From positions 224,001-288,000 of the forward strand of contig JBGARZ010000004.1 in the NCBI GenBank assembly GCA_044229975.1: DNA of 64,000 nucleotides, written 5' to 3'. A model generated the notes under the pieces. The model ran no database searches, had not been told where the DNA came from, and saw only the letters and a list, made by a program, of their open reading frames with translations. The position numbers and the translations under genes are program-made. This document shows positions 49,193 through 58,942 of the stretch, in pieces. The DNA is from Polyangiales bacterium. Its GTDB lineage: Bacteria > Myxococcota_A > Polyangia > Polyangiales > Ga0077539. How positions within the stretch are numbered: the first letter of the stretch is position 1; each line of letters begins with the position of its first letter.

Positions 49193-49403
49193 CTCGTGCG
49201 CCTCCGGCGATTGTCGTCTCTGGGCGCTGGACGAGCGAACCAGCCCTTTCAACGTGGCTCAAGCGAGCCTGCGAGGAACCGGCGTTCGTGAGAACGCCGG
49301 AACTTTGTGGGGACGACGACATGGCCGTCCTCGCCCACTGCCGCCAACACCTACTTCGAACCCCAGTTTTCGCGGCGATGGTCGATCGAGTTAGCCTGCC
49401 GCC

Positions 49404-50069
49404 ATGTCCATCACCTTTCCTCGTCTCGTCGTCCTCGCGCATGGCCACATCGACTACGAGCGCGACCTCTGTCGCCCGCTCCTCGGCGTGAGGGGCGCGA
49501 AGAACCCGCACGTCGCCGTGGCGACCGGGATGCAAGACAGGTCCTTCGTGCTGGCGCCACGCAGCGGAAACCGCGCGGCCGACGAGGCGTTGATCGCGCA
49601 GGCCACCAGCGCGGTGCGCGCCCAGACGTGGTCGTTCAGCGTCGCCGAGATGGGAGGGTTCTTGTTCTGGAAGAAGCCCAGCATGCTTCGCGGGATGGGC
49701 GATGCGAGCGTCCCCATCGCGCAGATGACCACCGACGGCGGCGGCATCGACGACCTCGCCACCGAGCTGCTGCTCATCCCCGAAGCGATGGCCGAGGCGT
49801 CGCGTCAGCTCCGCTCGGACACGCTGTTCTGCGCGGTGCCGAAGCGCGGCTGGCTGCTCGTCTCGCGCGGCGAGATCGGCAACCCCTTCGCCGCCCAGAA
49901 CCTGCACGCCGCGGCCAGCGGCATCGCATCGCGGGGCGGCGCCTCGGCCATCGCCGGCGACGTCGTGCTGCTCTGGAGCGGTGGGAAGCTGGTCGGCGTC
50001 GACGGGCGCGACGGCAGCGGCGGCTACATCTCGATGCAGGGCGAAGACGAATCGACCTGGTGGCCCTGA
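49404..50069 (+). CDS. Hypothetical protein
   Basis: Coding-like ORF; 'AVPKRGWLL'. Confidence 0.65.
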   Translation: MSITFPRLVVLAHGHIDYERDLCRPLLGVRGAKNPHVAVATGMQDRSFVLAPRSGNRAADEALIAQATSAVRAQTWSFSVAEMGGFLFWKKPSMLRGMGDASVPIAQMTTDGGGIDDLATELLLIPEAMAEASRQLRSDTLFCAVPKRGWLLVSRGEIGNPFAAQNLHAAASGIASRGGASAIAGDVVLLWSGGKLVGVDGRDGSGGYISMQGEDESTWWP

Positions 50070-50124
50070 CCGATCGAACCACCGGGAGTTGCAGGGACGC
50101 AACCCGCGGGTTGAACATCGCGCG

Positions 50125-50727
50125 ATGTCCATGTCCTCCGGTCCAGAACCGCAGATCCCCCCGGCCGCCTACGCCTCGACCGCGGCGCCCGTCGGGCCGT
50201 GGTCGCCCCCGCAGGCGAGGACCGTCCCCGGCCCGCTGGCCAGCTGGGGCAGCCGTGCGGCGGCCACGATGATCGACGGCGTCATCATCCTGCTGCCGTT
50301 CTGTGTGTTGGGGGGCGTGGCCGTGGCGATGATCGACAACAACCGCGCCGCGAGCTACCCGAGCTATTCGAGCTCCTCGTCGAGCGACCCCATGCTGCTC
50401 ATGATCCTGCTCGGGATCGGCGGGCTCGCCTTCCTCGCGGTGAGCTTCCTCTACGCGCCGCTGCTGATGGCGCGTGATGGCGCGAAGAACGGCCAGACCT
50501 GGGGCCGGGAGATGGTCGGCATCCGGGCGGTGCGCGACAACGGTCAGCCCTGGGACTTCGGCACGGCGCTGCTGCGCGAGTTCGTCGTGAAGGGCCTCGC
50601 CGTGTCCGTGGTGTCGTCGATCGTCCCGTTCGTTCCTTGGATCCTCAACTACGGCTGGCCCCTCTGGGACCGCGAGAACCGCGCCGTCCACGACATCGTC
50701 GTGTCGAGCCACGTCATCCGCGCCTGA
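50125..50727 (+). CDS. RDD family membrane protein
   Basis: 'SWGSRAAATMID', 'GQTWGR...GIRAV', 'LLRE', 'VHDIV'. Confidence 0.9.
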   Translation: MSMSSGPEPQIPPAAYASTAAPVGPWSPPQARTVPGPLASWGSRAAATMIDGVIILLPFCVLGGVAVAMIDNNRAASYPSYSSSSSSDPMLLMILLGIGGLAFLAVSFLYAPLLMARDGAKNGQTWGREMVGIRAVRDNGQPWDFGTALLREFVVKGLAVSVVSSIVPFVPWILNYGWPLWDRENRAVHDIVVSSHVIRA

Positions 50728-50770
50728 CCCGCGCGAGTCCACACACCGAAGCGCGTCGCTTGCTCGCTCG

Positions 50771-52060
50771 CTACGGCAGGTCGCGCGCGTAGGTCGGCGC
50801 CGATCGGGGGAAGCCCGCCCCGTCGCCCAGGGCGACGTCTTCGCCCCAGCAGCGAACGGCGCCCGACACGTCCACCGCGCACGCGTGGGTGGTGCCTGCC
50901 GCGAGCGGGCCGTCCGTCACCTCCAGGTCGACCACCGCCGCCGCGGCCTCGGGCCCCGTCATGGACGTGCCCCGTCCGAGCTGGCCGAAGCGGTTTTCGC
51001 CGAGGCACCCGGCGCCCGACCCCGACACCGCGCACAGCACGCGCGCCGTGAGCGAGAGCCCGCGCCACCCCTCCGTGCCCGCGACCTCCTGCGGCACCAA
51101 CGCGCTCGCCTCGCCGAGGCCCACCATGTCGAGCGAGCCCCAGCACGCCACCCGTCGGCGACCCCCGAAGGCCGCGCAGGAGATCCGCGCGCCCGCCACC
51201 ACCTCGACGGCCCCGGCGGTCACGGCGTCTTGTCCCAATACGTGCGCGCGGCGGTCGGCCAGGGTGCCGTTGCCAAGCTGCCCTCCGCCGTTGGCGCCCC
51301 AACACCGCACCGCCCCCTCCGCCGAGCGAGCGCACAGGTGGTTGGCGCCGACGGCCATGCCCTGCACCGCCCACGCGACGTCGAGCGGCAGCGCCATCGC
51401 CGAAAACGTCGGGTAGCCCCCGTCAGCGGCGCGCCCCCCGAACGCGTGCAACGACGTCCCGCCCCAACATCGCGCGACGCCGTCCCCGCCCTGCGCGCAC
51501 TGAATCTCTTCGCCCGCGTACACCCGCGTCGCTCCGTCGACCCCGAGCACCCGCGCCGGCGCTGTGACCACCAGCTCGTCGGAGCCGACGCCCAGTCGAC
51601 CCGTCGCGCCGCGGCCGTTGACGTTCTCGCCCCAGCACCACACCGCCCCGTCGCCGCGCCGCGCGCACGTCGCGCCGCGCCCCGCGGCCACCTCCTGCAC
51701 CCCGTCGAGGCCCGCGACGAGCGTGGGCGTGCGCACCGTCGCGGGCGCACCCTCGCCGACCCCGAGCTGTCCCTGCTCGTTGGCGCCCCAGCACAGCACC
51801 CGCCCCGAGGGCGCGAGCGCCGCGCAGGTGTGGTCGCGCCCCGCGGCCAACGACGCGACGCCATCACACCGCCCCGCCACGCACGCCTCGCGCGCGCCGC
51901 ACGCCCGGCCGCACGCGCCGCAGTGGGACTCGTCGCGCTGGAGGTCGGCCGCACACGCAGGCACGTCGGCCGTCGCTGCGTCGTCGCGCGCCAGGCGCAC
52001 GGCGCTCGGCGTGTAGCACCCGACCACCCACGCGAGCGCGAGGCCCCACCGTGGTCTCAC
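50771..52060 (-). CDS. RCC1/BLIP-II repeat lipoprotein with one Cys-rich module
   Basis: 'VVGC'; 'HCGACGRAC'; repeated 'AAGxxHxCA...CWGxNxxGQLG'; GTGA overlap with the upstream gene. Confidence 0.85.
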   Translation of the reverse strand: MRPRWGLALAWVVGCYTPSAVRLARDDAATADVPACAADLQRDESHCGACGRACGAREACVAGRCDGVASLAAGRDHTCAALAPSGRVLCWGANEQGQLGVGEGAPATVRTPTLVAGLDGVQEVAAGRGATCARRGDGAVWCWGENVNGRGATGRLGVGSDELVVTAPARVLGVDGATRVYAGEEIQCAQGGDGVARCWGGTSLHAFGGRAADGGYPTFSAMALPLDVAWAVQGMAVGANHLCARSAEGAVRCWGANGGGQLGNGTLADRRAHVLGQDAVTAGAVEVVAGARISCAAFGGRRRVACWGSLDMVGLGEASALVPQEVAGTEGWRGLSLTARVLCAVSGSGAGCLGENRFGQLGRGTSMTGPEAAAAVVDLEVTDGPLAAGTTHACAVDVSGAVRCWGEDVALGDGAGFPRSAPTYARDLP

Positions 52061-53043
52061 AGCGCCCCGCACACGCCGACGGTGCGCCCGATCGCGCACG
52101 GCGCCCACCACGCGCGCCGCGTCGGGTGCGCCCGCCGGTCGAGCAGCAGCCACACCCCGCCCGATGCCGCCACGGCGGCGCCCACGAAGGCGCTCACCTG
52201 CGCCGAGTCACCGAGCGCGGCGGCGGGCTGGGCGCGCGACACCGACGCCTCCGAAGGGCAGAGCAACGCGTCGCCCGAGATGGCGCAGTCGCCCACGGCG
52301 ACGTCCCGGCGCCACCACAGCAGGGCGCCCGCGGCGACGGCGGCGAGGCCGGTGGCGCTGACGATCCATGGGCCCGCGGACGCACGGCGCGCTGGCGTCG
52401 TAGGAGCCGGTGGCGGGGCGACCGTGGTCGACGCGATGGGCGTCGCGACGGGTCGCGGCTGTGGTGTTGGTGGTGTTGGTGGCGGCGGCGGGACGTCCAC
52501 CTCCGCACTCTCCCCCGCCCGGAGCGTCGCGGTCTGCTCGAAGTAGCCCTCGTCACCGACACGCGCGCGCACCGTGATGGCGCCTGGTCGCCGCGGCGTC
52601 GCCACGCCGAAGAGCGCCGACGACAGCACCGCGTCGTCCACGAGCACCACGACGCCCTCGCGCGGGGCCCTCACCGACAGCGTCGCGGTCTGCGCGCGGG
52701 TGCGCGTCGCGAGCGCTCGGCACTCGTCGAGGAGCGCCTCGCGCTGCCGCATCGCGGGGTCGGTCTCGGCCTCGCGGGCGCAACGTTCGGCGCCGTCGAG
52801 GGCCTCCAGCACCTGCCCGAGCGCGGCCTGCTCCTGCGCGATGAGCAGCCGCAGCGAGGGCGTCATGCGCAGCGCCCCGGCGCGCGCGGCGAGGTCGAGC
52901 GCGCGGGCGTGGTCACCCCCGTCGCTGGCGGCCTCGGCGTCCACGATGAGGGCGCGTCGGGCGGTCTCCTGCGAGGCGTCCTGGGAGGAGGCCACGCTCG
53001 CCGTGAGGGCCACGATCACAGCAACGAGGAGGGCGCGACGCAT
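52057..53043 (-). CDS. Exported TPR/PEGA-like protein with C-terminal hydrophobic segments
   Basis: Signal peptide, helical N-terminus, 'VVVLVDD...PGAITVRA', Pro linker, 'GPWIV' TM region. Confidence 0.65.
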   Translation of the reverse strand: MRRALLVAVIVALTASVASSQDASQETARRALIVDAEAASDGGDHARALDLAARAGALRMTPSLRLLIAQEQAALGQVLEALDGAERCAREAETDPAMRQREALLDECRALATRTRAQTATLSVRAPREGVVVLVDDAVLSSALFGVATPRRPGAITVRARVGDEGYFEQTATLRAGESAEVDVPPPPPTPPTPQPRPVATPIASTTVAPPPAPTTPARRASAGPWIVSATGLAAVAAGALLWWRRDVAVGDCAISGDALLCPSEASVSRAQPAAALGDSAQVSAFVGAAVAASGGVWLLLDRRAHPTRRAWWAPCAIGRTVGVCGAL

Positions 53044-53088
53044 CCGCGGGGCTCATCGAACGGCACCACCCGCCACAGCGTCAAGCGC

Positions 53089-54381
53089 CTACTCGGCGTG
53101 CACGCGGCGCCCCACAGGCGGCGGGTCGGGCGCGACGGGGGCTGCGCTCGCGGCAGGAGACACGCGGGGCGCGGCGCGTCGGCGTGGTGCGGCGACGGGA
53201 GTCGGCGTCGGCGCCGCGACGGGCGGCTCGACCGTCGGCGCGACGGGTGCGGCGACGGGCGCGGCGACGGGTGCGGCGACGGGTGCGACGCGGGGCGGCG
53301 GGCTCACACGCGTCGGCGCAGGCGGTGGAGCGACGGCGGCGAAGCGCGCGGCGGCGACGAGCCCGGCGCCCGCGAGCAGCGCGATGGGGACCACCACCCG
53401 CAGCGCGGGGCGGGGTCGGGGCGTGCGTGCGGCGCGCGGCTGCTCCTGGGTGGTGTCGGGCTCCAGCGGGCGCAGCGCGGACGGCACGGCGGCGCGCAGC
53501 GCGGCGAGAAAGGACCCCGCGTCGGGGTAGCGATCGGAGGGCCGCAGGCTGAGGGCGCGCGCGAGCACCCGCTCCCACGGGCCCGCGTCGAAGCCGAGCC
53601 GGGCGGGCGTCGGGCGCACCGGGGAGAGCACCTGCTGATGGAGCAGCATGGGGTCGTCGGCGACGAAGACGGCGCGGTCGAGGAGAAGCTCCGTGAGCAG
53701 GAGGGCGAGGGCGTGCACGTCCGTCCACGGGCCGGTGCGGGTGCGGCTGAGCTGCTCGGGCGAGGCGTACGGGAGCGAAAACGCGGACACGGTCGACGCG
53801 GTGGTGGTGAAGCCCCCGGTGAGCTGCTCGGGCGGGGACTCCTTGGCGATGCCGAAGTCGAGCACGCGCAGCCCCGGGTCGGAGGTCGACGCCGGGCGGT
53901 CGAGGATGAAGACGTTGGCGGGCTTCACGTCGCGGTGCGCGATGCCCTGCGCGTGGGCGTGGGCGACGGCCTCGAAGGCGGGCGTGAGGCGGGCGAGGCA
54001 GGCGGCCGGGTCGCGGGGCCCTTCGCCGCGGCGGGCGCGCAGCTCGGCGGCGAGGGTGCGCCCGTCGAGCCACTCCATGGCCATCCAGGCGACGGGCGCC
54101 CGGGACGTGTCGGTCACGCCCACGTCGAGCACGCGCACGATCGCCGGGTGCTCCAGGCGGGCGATGAGCCGGGCCTCGCGCTGCGCCGCCTCGCGCGGGT
54201 CGGTCGCCCCGTCGGCGCCGCGCGCGGGGTGCAGCACCTTCACCGCCACGGAGCGGTCGAGCGCCACGTGCCGACCGCGGTACACCACGGCGAAGCCGCC
54301 GCTCGCGACGGCGCGCTCCAGGTGGTAGCGCCCGTCGAGCGTCGAGCCCACGAGGCCAAGGTCATCCTCCACGGGTCCCAT
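53089..54381 (-). CDS. Hanks-type Ser/Thr protein kinase with TM segment
   Basis: 'ASGGFAVVY', 'VAVK', 'HRDVKPAN', 'DFG', 'SPEQ', 'TDV'. Confidence 0.93.
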   Translation of the reverse strand: MGPVEDDLGLVGSTLDGRYHLERAVASGGFAVVYRGRHVALDRSVAVKVLHPARGADGATDPREAAQREARLIARLEHPAIVRVLDVGVTDTSRAPVAWMAMEWLDGRTLAAELRARRGEGPRDPAACLARLTPAFEAVAHAHAQGIAHRDVKPANVFILDRPASTSDPGLRVLDFGIAKESPPEQLTGGFTTTASTVSAFSLPYASPEQLSRTRTGPWTDVHALALLLTELLLDRAVFVADDPMLLHQQVLSPVRPTPARLGFDAGPWERVLARALSLRPSDRYPDAGSFLAALRAAVPSALRPLEPDTTQEQPRAARTPRPRPALRVVVPIALLAGAGLVAAARFAAVAPPPAPTRVSPPPRVAPVAAPVAAPVAAPVAPTVEPPVAAPTPTPVAAPRRRAAPRVSPAASAAPVAPDPPPVGRRVHAE

Positions 54382-54458
54382 GACGGCAGCGTGGGCGATG
54401 AAGCGCCCGGTGGTGAGATCGCGTCAAGGGCTGGTATGGTGCCGACCAGACCCTCCCC

Positions 54459-55838
54459 ATGGCGGACCACACCGCGCAGACGCAGCCGGCGACCCACGCG
54501 CCGCGGACCGAGGGCGCGCTCCGGCTCGTGGTGATCACCGACGGCGGCGTCACCGTCTGGCCGCTCGCCCCGCGGGCGCGGCTCGTCATCGGTCGCGGCG
54601 CGCAGGCGGATGTCCCGCTCGATGATCCGCAGGCCTCGCGCGCGCACGCCGCCCTGTCGCTCGTCGACGGCGCGGCGACGCTGCAAGACCTCGGCAGCTC
54701 CAACGGCACCCGCGTCGACGAGCGCGCGCTGCGCCCCAACGAGCGCGTCGCCCTGCGGCGCGGGGAGGTCGTCGAGATCGGCCGCACGATGCTCACGCTC
54801 CAGGGGCCCGCGCCCGCGGTCGAGCCCGGCGCGCCGGCGCCCGTCGTGGCGCCCGAGGCGCTGCCCCGCGGCGAGTTTCGGGCGGAGGTGGTCGTCGCGT
54901 CGCCCGCCACGCGGCGGCTCCAGCGGCTCATCGAGCGCGTCGCGCCGGGGGACATCAGCGTGCTGCTGCTCGGGGAGACGGGCGCGGGCAAGGAGGTGTT
55001 CGCGGAGATGGTGCACCGCCTGTCGCCGCGGGCGGCGGGCCCGATGGTGCGGCTGCACTGCGCGGCGCTCAACGCCTCGCTGCTGGAGAGCGAGCTCTTC
55101 GGGTACGAGAAGGGAGCGTTCACGGGGGCGACGACCTCGAAGGTCGGGCTGTTGGAGAGCGCCTCCGGCGGAACGGTCTTCCTCGACGAGGTGGGCGAGC
55201 TCCCCGCGTCGGTGCAGGTGACGCTGCTGCGGGTGCTCGAAGACCGGCGGGTGACGCCCGTGGGCGCGGTTCGCTCGCGCCCCATCGACGTGCGCTTCGT
55301 CGCGGCCACGCACCGCAACCTCGACGCCGCCGTCGCCGCGGGAGCGTTTCGCCACGACCTCTACTTCCGCCTCGCGGGCATCGCGCTGGAGGTCCCGCCG
55401 CTGCGGGCGCGCGGCGACGAGATCGACGCCCTCGCGCGGCTCTTCCTCGCCGAAGCCTGCGCGCGGGCCCGCCTCGCCCCGGTGCCTCGCCTCGACCCCG
55501 CGTCCCTCGCGGCGCTGCGGTCCCACCCCTGGCCGGGCAACCTCCGCGAGCTGCGCAACACCATGGAGCGCGCGGCCCTCTTCGCCACCGACGGCGTGCT
55601 GCTGCCCGAGCACCTGACGCTGTCGCCCGCGGTGTCACCCGCGGACTCGCCCGCGCCGCTGCCGGGTCTGCGCGGCGCGCGCCGGGCGGCCGAGCGCGAA
55701 GAGATTCTCGCGGCGTTGAGCGCGTGCGCGGGCAACCAGACGCGCGCCGCGGAGAGGCTGGGCATCTCGCGGCGCACGCTGGTCGATCGGCTCGGGGCCT
55801 ATGGCATCGCGCGCCCCCGCAAGGGCGCCGAGGGCTAA
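54459..55838 (+). CDS. FHA-domain sigma54-dependent enhancer-binding protein
   Basis: FHA 'IGRG...SRAHA...SSNGT'; 'GETGAGKE', 'GAFTGA', 'FLDEVGE', 'WPGNLREL'; Fis HTH 'GNQTRAAERLGISR'. Confidence 0.95.
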   Translation: MADHTAQTQPATHAPRTEGALRLVVITDGGVTVWPLAPRARLVIGRGAQADVPLDDPQASRAHAALSLVDGAATLQDLGSSNGTRVDERALRPNERVALRRGEVVEIGRTMLTLQGPAPAVEPGAPAPVVAPEALPRGEFRAEVVVASPATRRLQRLIERVAPGDISVLLLGETGAGKEVFAEMVHRLSPRAAGPMVRLHCAALNASLLESELFGYEKGAFTGATTSKVGLLESASGGTVFLDEVGELPASVQVTLLRVLEDRRVTPVGAVRSRPIDVRFVAATHRNLDAAVAAGAFRHDLYFRLAGIALEVPPLRARGDEIDALARLFLAEACARARLAPVPRLDPASLAALRSHPWPGNLRELRNTMERAALFATDGVLLPEHLTLSPAVSPADSPAPLPGLRGARRAAEREEILAALSACAGNQTRAAERLGISRRTLVDRLGAYGIARPRKGAEG

Positions 55839-55843
55839 ACGTC

Positions 55844-56152
55844 TCAGCGGGAGCCGCGGCCTCCGGGGCCCGGCGTCGGCTGGGCCGTCGGGGCAGGGGC
55901 GTTGGTGTTGGTGGCCGTCGAGGAGCGGGCACGACCGCGGGACTGCATGCGCGTCGCACCGCCGCGACCACCGCGCGGCGCCGCGCAGTAGAAGTGACCG
56001 CCCGCGGCCTCGTAGCGGCAGATCTGGCCCGCCGGGCAGGCGGGGTTGCACCCGGCCATGGCGTCGGGGGCGAAGGCCAGGGCCGCCGCGGCGGCGAACA
56101 TCCCGGCGACCATCTTCACTGCGTTGTTCTTCCAGAACGGGAGGGTGTGCAT
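55844..56152 (-). CDS. Small secreted 4-Cys peptide/protein
   Basis: AAGGAG upstream; signal peptide ending AMA; mature part 'GCNPACPAGQICRYEAAGGHFYC' plus a basic disordered tail. Confidence 0.7.
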   Translation of the reverse strand: MHTLPFWKNNAVKMVAGMFAAAAALAFAPDAMAGCNPACPAGQICRYEAAGGHFYCAAPRGGRGGATRMQSRGRARSSTATNTNAPAPTAQPTPGPGGRGSR

Positions 56153-56210
56153 AGGGGGGAGTCACTCCTTCGGTGATGCCACGCCTGCCATGGCGGGCTC
56201 CGCAGTGGAG

Positions 56211-56226
56211 TGCACCCGTGGTGCCA
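56211..56226 (-). promoter_or_regulatory. Putative sigma54 promoter of the small peptide gene
   Basis: Minus strand TGGCAC-CACGG-GTGCA, ~60 bp upstream of the start. Confidence 0.65.
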
Positions 56227-56427
56227 TGCGTGCGGATCAACGTCCGCGTGGGTGGAGTCGCAGGGTCATTGCGCGAAGATCTGCGCGGGTTGCGCGACGC
56301 TCGCGCACGACGCGCAAGCGCTCGGCCGTGTTGGAAGGGGGGAGGAGGCGGGCGCGACGGTCCTTCCTCGGCACCGTCTCGCAGGTCGGCGGCGCCGCCG
56401 GGTTTGGGAGTACATAGAGCGCCTCCG

Positions 56428-58872
56428 ATGAAGACCCTCCAGAGCCAGGAGCTCGTCACGCTGCGGATCATCGACGCCGGTCGCGAGATGGTCGTCGCGC
56501 TGGGCTCGACCCCGGTCGTGATCGGCCGGCATCCCGACAACGACGTCGTGCTGCAATCGCTCTGGGTGTCCGGGCGCCACTGCCGCGTCGAGGCCCACGA
56601 GAAGGGCCACCGCATCGTCGACGTGGGCTCGCGCAACGGCCTGCTCTTCAACGGGCAGCGCGTGACCGAGCAGGCGCTCGTCGACGGGGACGTCCTGCGC
56701 GTCGCCGACCCGACCACCGGGAGCGTGGTGACGCTCACCTACGTCAACCAGCTCTTCCCCCGCGTGGCGAAGGCCGCGACGGTGGCCTTCCACATCCCCG
56801 TCGCGCCGGGCTGTCCCCCGGTGACCATCGGCCGTACGGGCGCGGCCGTGGTGCTCGACAACCCCCAGGTGTCGGCGCTCCACGCCACCATCTCGTCGAG
56901 CGGCGCGACCCACATCCTCCACGACAACCGCTCGACCAACGGAACCTTCCTCAACGGCCGACGCGTCGTCGGCACCGCCTCACTCAAGCCGCGGGACGTC
57001 ATCCAGATCGGGCCGTTCAAGCTCCACTACGACGGCGAGCGCCTCGACTCGTACGACCAGCGCGGGGCCCTGCGCATCGACGCGACCACGCTGCGCCGCG
57101 AGGTCCCCGACTCCCGCGGAGCAGGAACCAAGGTCCTCCTCGACGACGTGTCGCTCTGCATCGACGCGTGCGAGTTCGTCGCGCTGGTGGGCGGTTCGGG
57201 CGCGGGCAAGTCGACGTTGATGATGGCGCTCTCGGGCTACCAGCCCGCCGACTCCGGCGAGGTGCGCGTCAACGGCGACGACTACTACCGCAACTTCGAC
57301 GCCTACCGCGCCGTGCTGGGCTACGTGCCACAGGACGACATCATCCATCGCATGCTGCCCGTCGACCGGGCCCTCGCCTACGCGGCGCGCTTGAAGCTCC
57401 CGTCGGACACCCTCGACTCGGAGATCGCCGCGCGGGTCGAGAAGGTGCTGGCTGCGGTCGAGATGAGCGCGCACCGCGACAAGCTCGTCGACCAGCTCTC
57501 CGGCGGTCAGCGCAAGCGGGTGTCCATCGCCGCGGAGCTGCTCATCGACCCGTCGCTGCTCTTCCTCGACGAGCCGACGTCGGGGCTCGACCCGGGTCTT
57601 GAGAAGAAGATGATGTTCACGCTGCGCCGCCTCGCCGACGGCGGGTGCACCGTGGTGCTGGTCACCCACGCCACCGCGAACATCACCCAGTGCGACCACG
57701 TGGTGTTCATGTCCGCGGGGCGGATGGTGTACTTCGGCCCGCCCGCCGAGGCGCTCGACTTCTTCCACGTCACCAGCGGCGACTTCGCGGACATCTACAC
57801 GAAGCTCGACGGCGTCGCCGACCCCGAGAGCGCGCTCATCCGCAAAGACCTCCGCGACGAGTACGCCCGCTGGGTCGAGCAGAACCCCGGCGCCGCGACG
57901 CGCCCGCACTACTCCGTGCTCTGGCAGATGCGCTACCTCCGCTCGGCGCAGCACCGGCGCTACGTGGTCGAGCGCCTCGCCCGCGCGCAGCAGGGCCCCG
58001 GCGTCGACCGCGCGAAGGCCATCGCGGCTCCCGCGACGCGCGCGCGGCACTCGCCGTTGAGGCAGTTCGGCATCCTCGCGCGGCGCTACATCGACCTGCT
58101 GGGCCAGGACCGTCGCAACCTCGCGCTGCTGCTCGCGCAGGCCCCGTTGATGGGCGCGCTGCTGGTGATGGTCTCACCCGCGACGGCGCTCTCTCCCGTC
58201 CGGGGCGACGCCACCGAGGCGCGCAAGCTGCTCTTCATGCTCTCGACCGTTGGGGTGTGGTTCGGGATCATCAACGCCGCGCGCGAGGTCTGCAAAGAGG
58301 CGACGATCTTGCGGCGTGAGCGCCTCGCCGACCTGCGCGTGGGGTCGTACGTGCTGTCGAAGGTGGCGGTGCTGGGCGCGCTGGTGCTCCTGCAGTCGGC
58401 GCTGCTGCTCACGGTGGTGAGCCTGTGGGTTCCGCTGCCGGCGCGGACGGTGGTGATCGACCCCGCGGTGGACTTCTACCTCACCACGGTGCTGTCCTCG
58501 GCGGCGGGCCTGGCGCTGGGGCTGCTGATCTCGGCGCTCGCGTCGACGCCCGACAAGGCGATGAGCGTGGTGCCGCTGGCGCTGGTGCCGCAGATCCTCT
58601 TCGCGGGGATGATCTTCGATCTGGAGGGCGCGACCACGGTGGCGTCGTGGTTCACGGTGAGCCGCTGGTCGATGGACGCCTTCGGCTCGCTCGCGGCCGT
58701 CAACGACCTGCCCGCGAAGGTCGGCGGGGTCAGCGTCGCGCGAATGGGGCTCGCCAACCTGCACTACGAGAGCACCGCGCAGCATGTGCTGAAGTGCTGG
58801 GCGATCCTCGCGGGCTACGCGACCGCGTGCGTGGGGCTCACGTGGGCGGTGCTCGTGCGGCGGCGTGAGTAG
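56428..58872 (+). CDS. FHA-FHA-ABC transporter ATPase/permease fusion (Rv1747-like architecture)
   Basis: Two FHA domains, 'GGSGAGKS', 'LSGGQ', 'FLDEPTSGLD', ABC-2 membrane domain. Confidence 0.92.
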   Translation: MKTLQSQELVTLRIIDAGREMVVALGSTPVVIGRHPDNDVVLQSLWVSGRHCRVEAHEKGHRIVDVGSRNGLLFNGQRVTEQALVDGDVLRVADPTTGSVVTLTYVNQLFPRVAKAATVAFHIPVAPGCPPVTIGRTGAAVVLDNPQVSALHATISSSGATHILHDNRSTNGTFLNGRRVVGTASLKPRDVIQIGPFKLHYDGERLDSYDQRGALRIDATTLRREVPDSRGAGTKVLLDDVSLCIDACEFVALVGGSGAGKSTLMMALSGYQPADSGEVRVNGDDYYRNFDAYRAVLGYVPQDDIIHRMLPVDRALAYAARLKLPSDTLDSEIAARVEKVLAAVEMSAHRDKLVDQLSGGQRKRVSIAAELLIDPSLLFLDEPTSGLDPGLEKKMMFTLRRLADGGCTVVLVTHATANITQCDHVVFMSAGRMVYFGPPAEALDFFHVTSGDFADIYTKLDGVADPESALIRKDLRDEYARWVEQNPGAATRPHYSVLWQMRYLRSAQHRRYVVERLARAQQGPGVDRAKAIAAPATRARHSPLRQFGILARRYIDLLGQDRRNLALLLAQAPLMGALLVMVSPATALSPVRGDATEARKLLFMLSTVGVWFGIINAAREVCKEATILRRERLADLRVGSYVLSKVAVLGALVLLQSALLLTVVSLWVPLPARTVVIDPAVDFYLTTVLSSAAGLALGLLISALASTPDKAMSVVPLALVPQILFAGMIFDLEGATTVASWFTVSRWSMDAFGSLAAVNDLPAKVGGVSVARMGLANLHYESTAQHVLKCWAILAGYATACVGLTWAVLVRRRE

Positions 58873-58942
58873 TACCCCATCTGGAAGGGGCACCTCGACC
58901 CACGGGACGCACGGTGATACGACCGCCTCGAGGATCTCGGCA

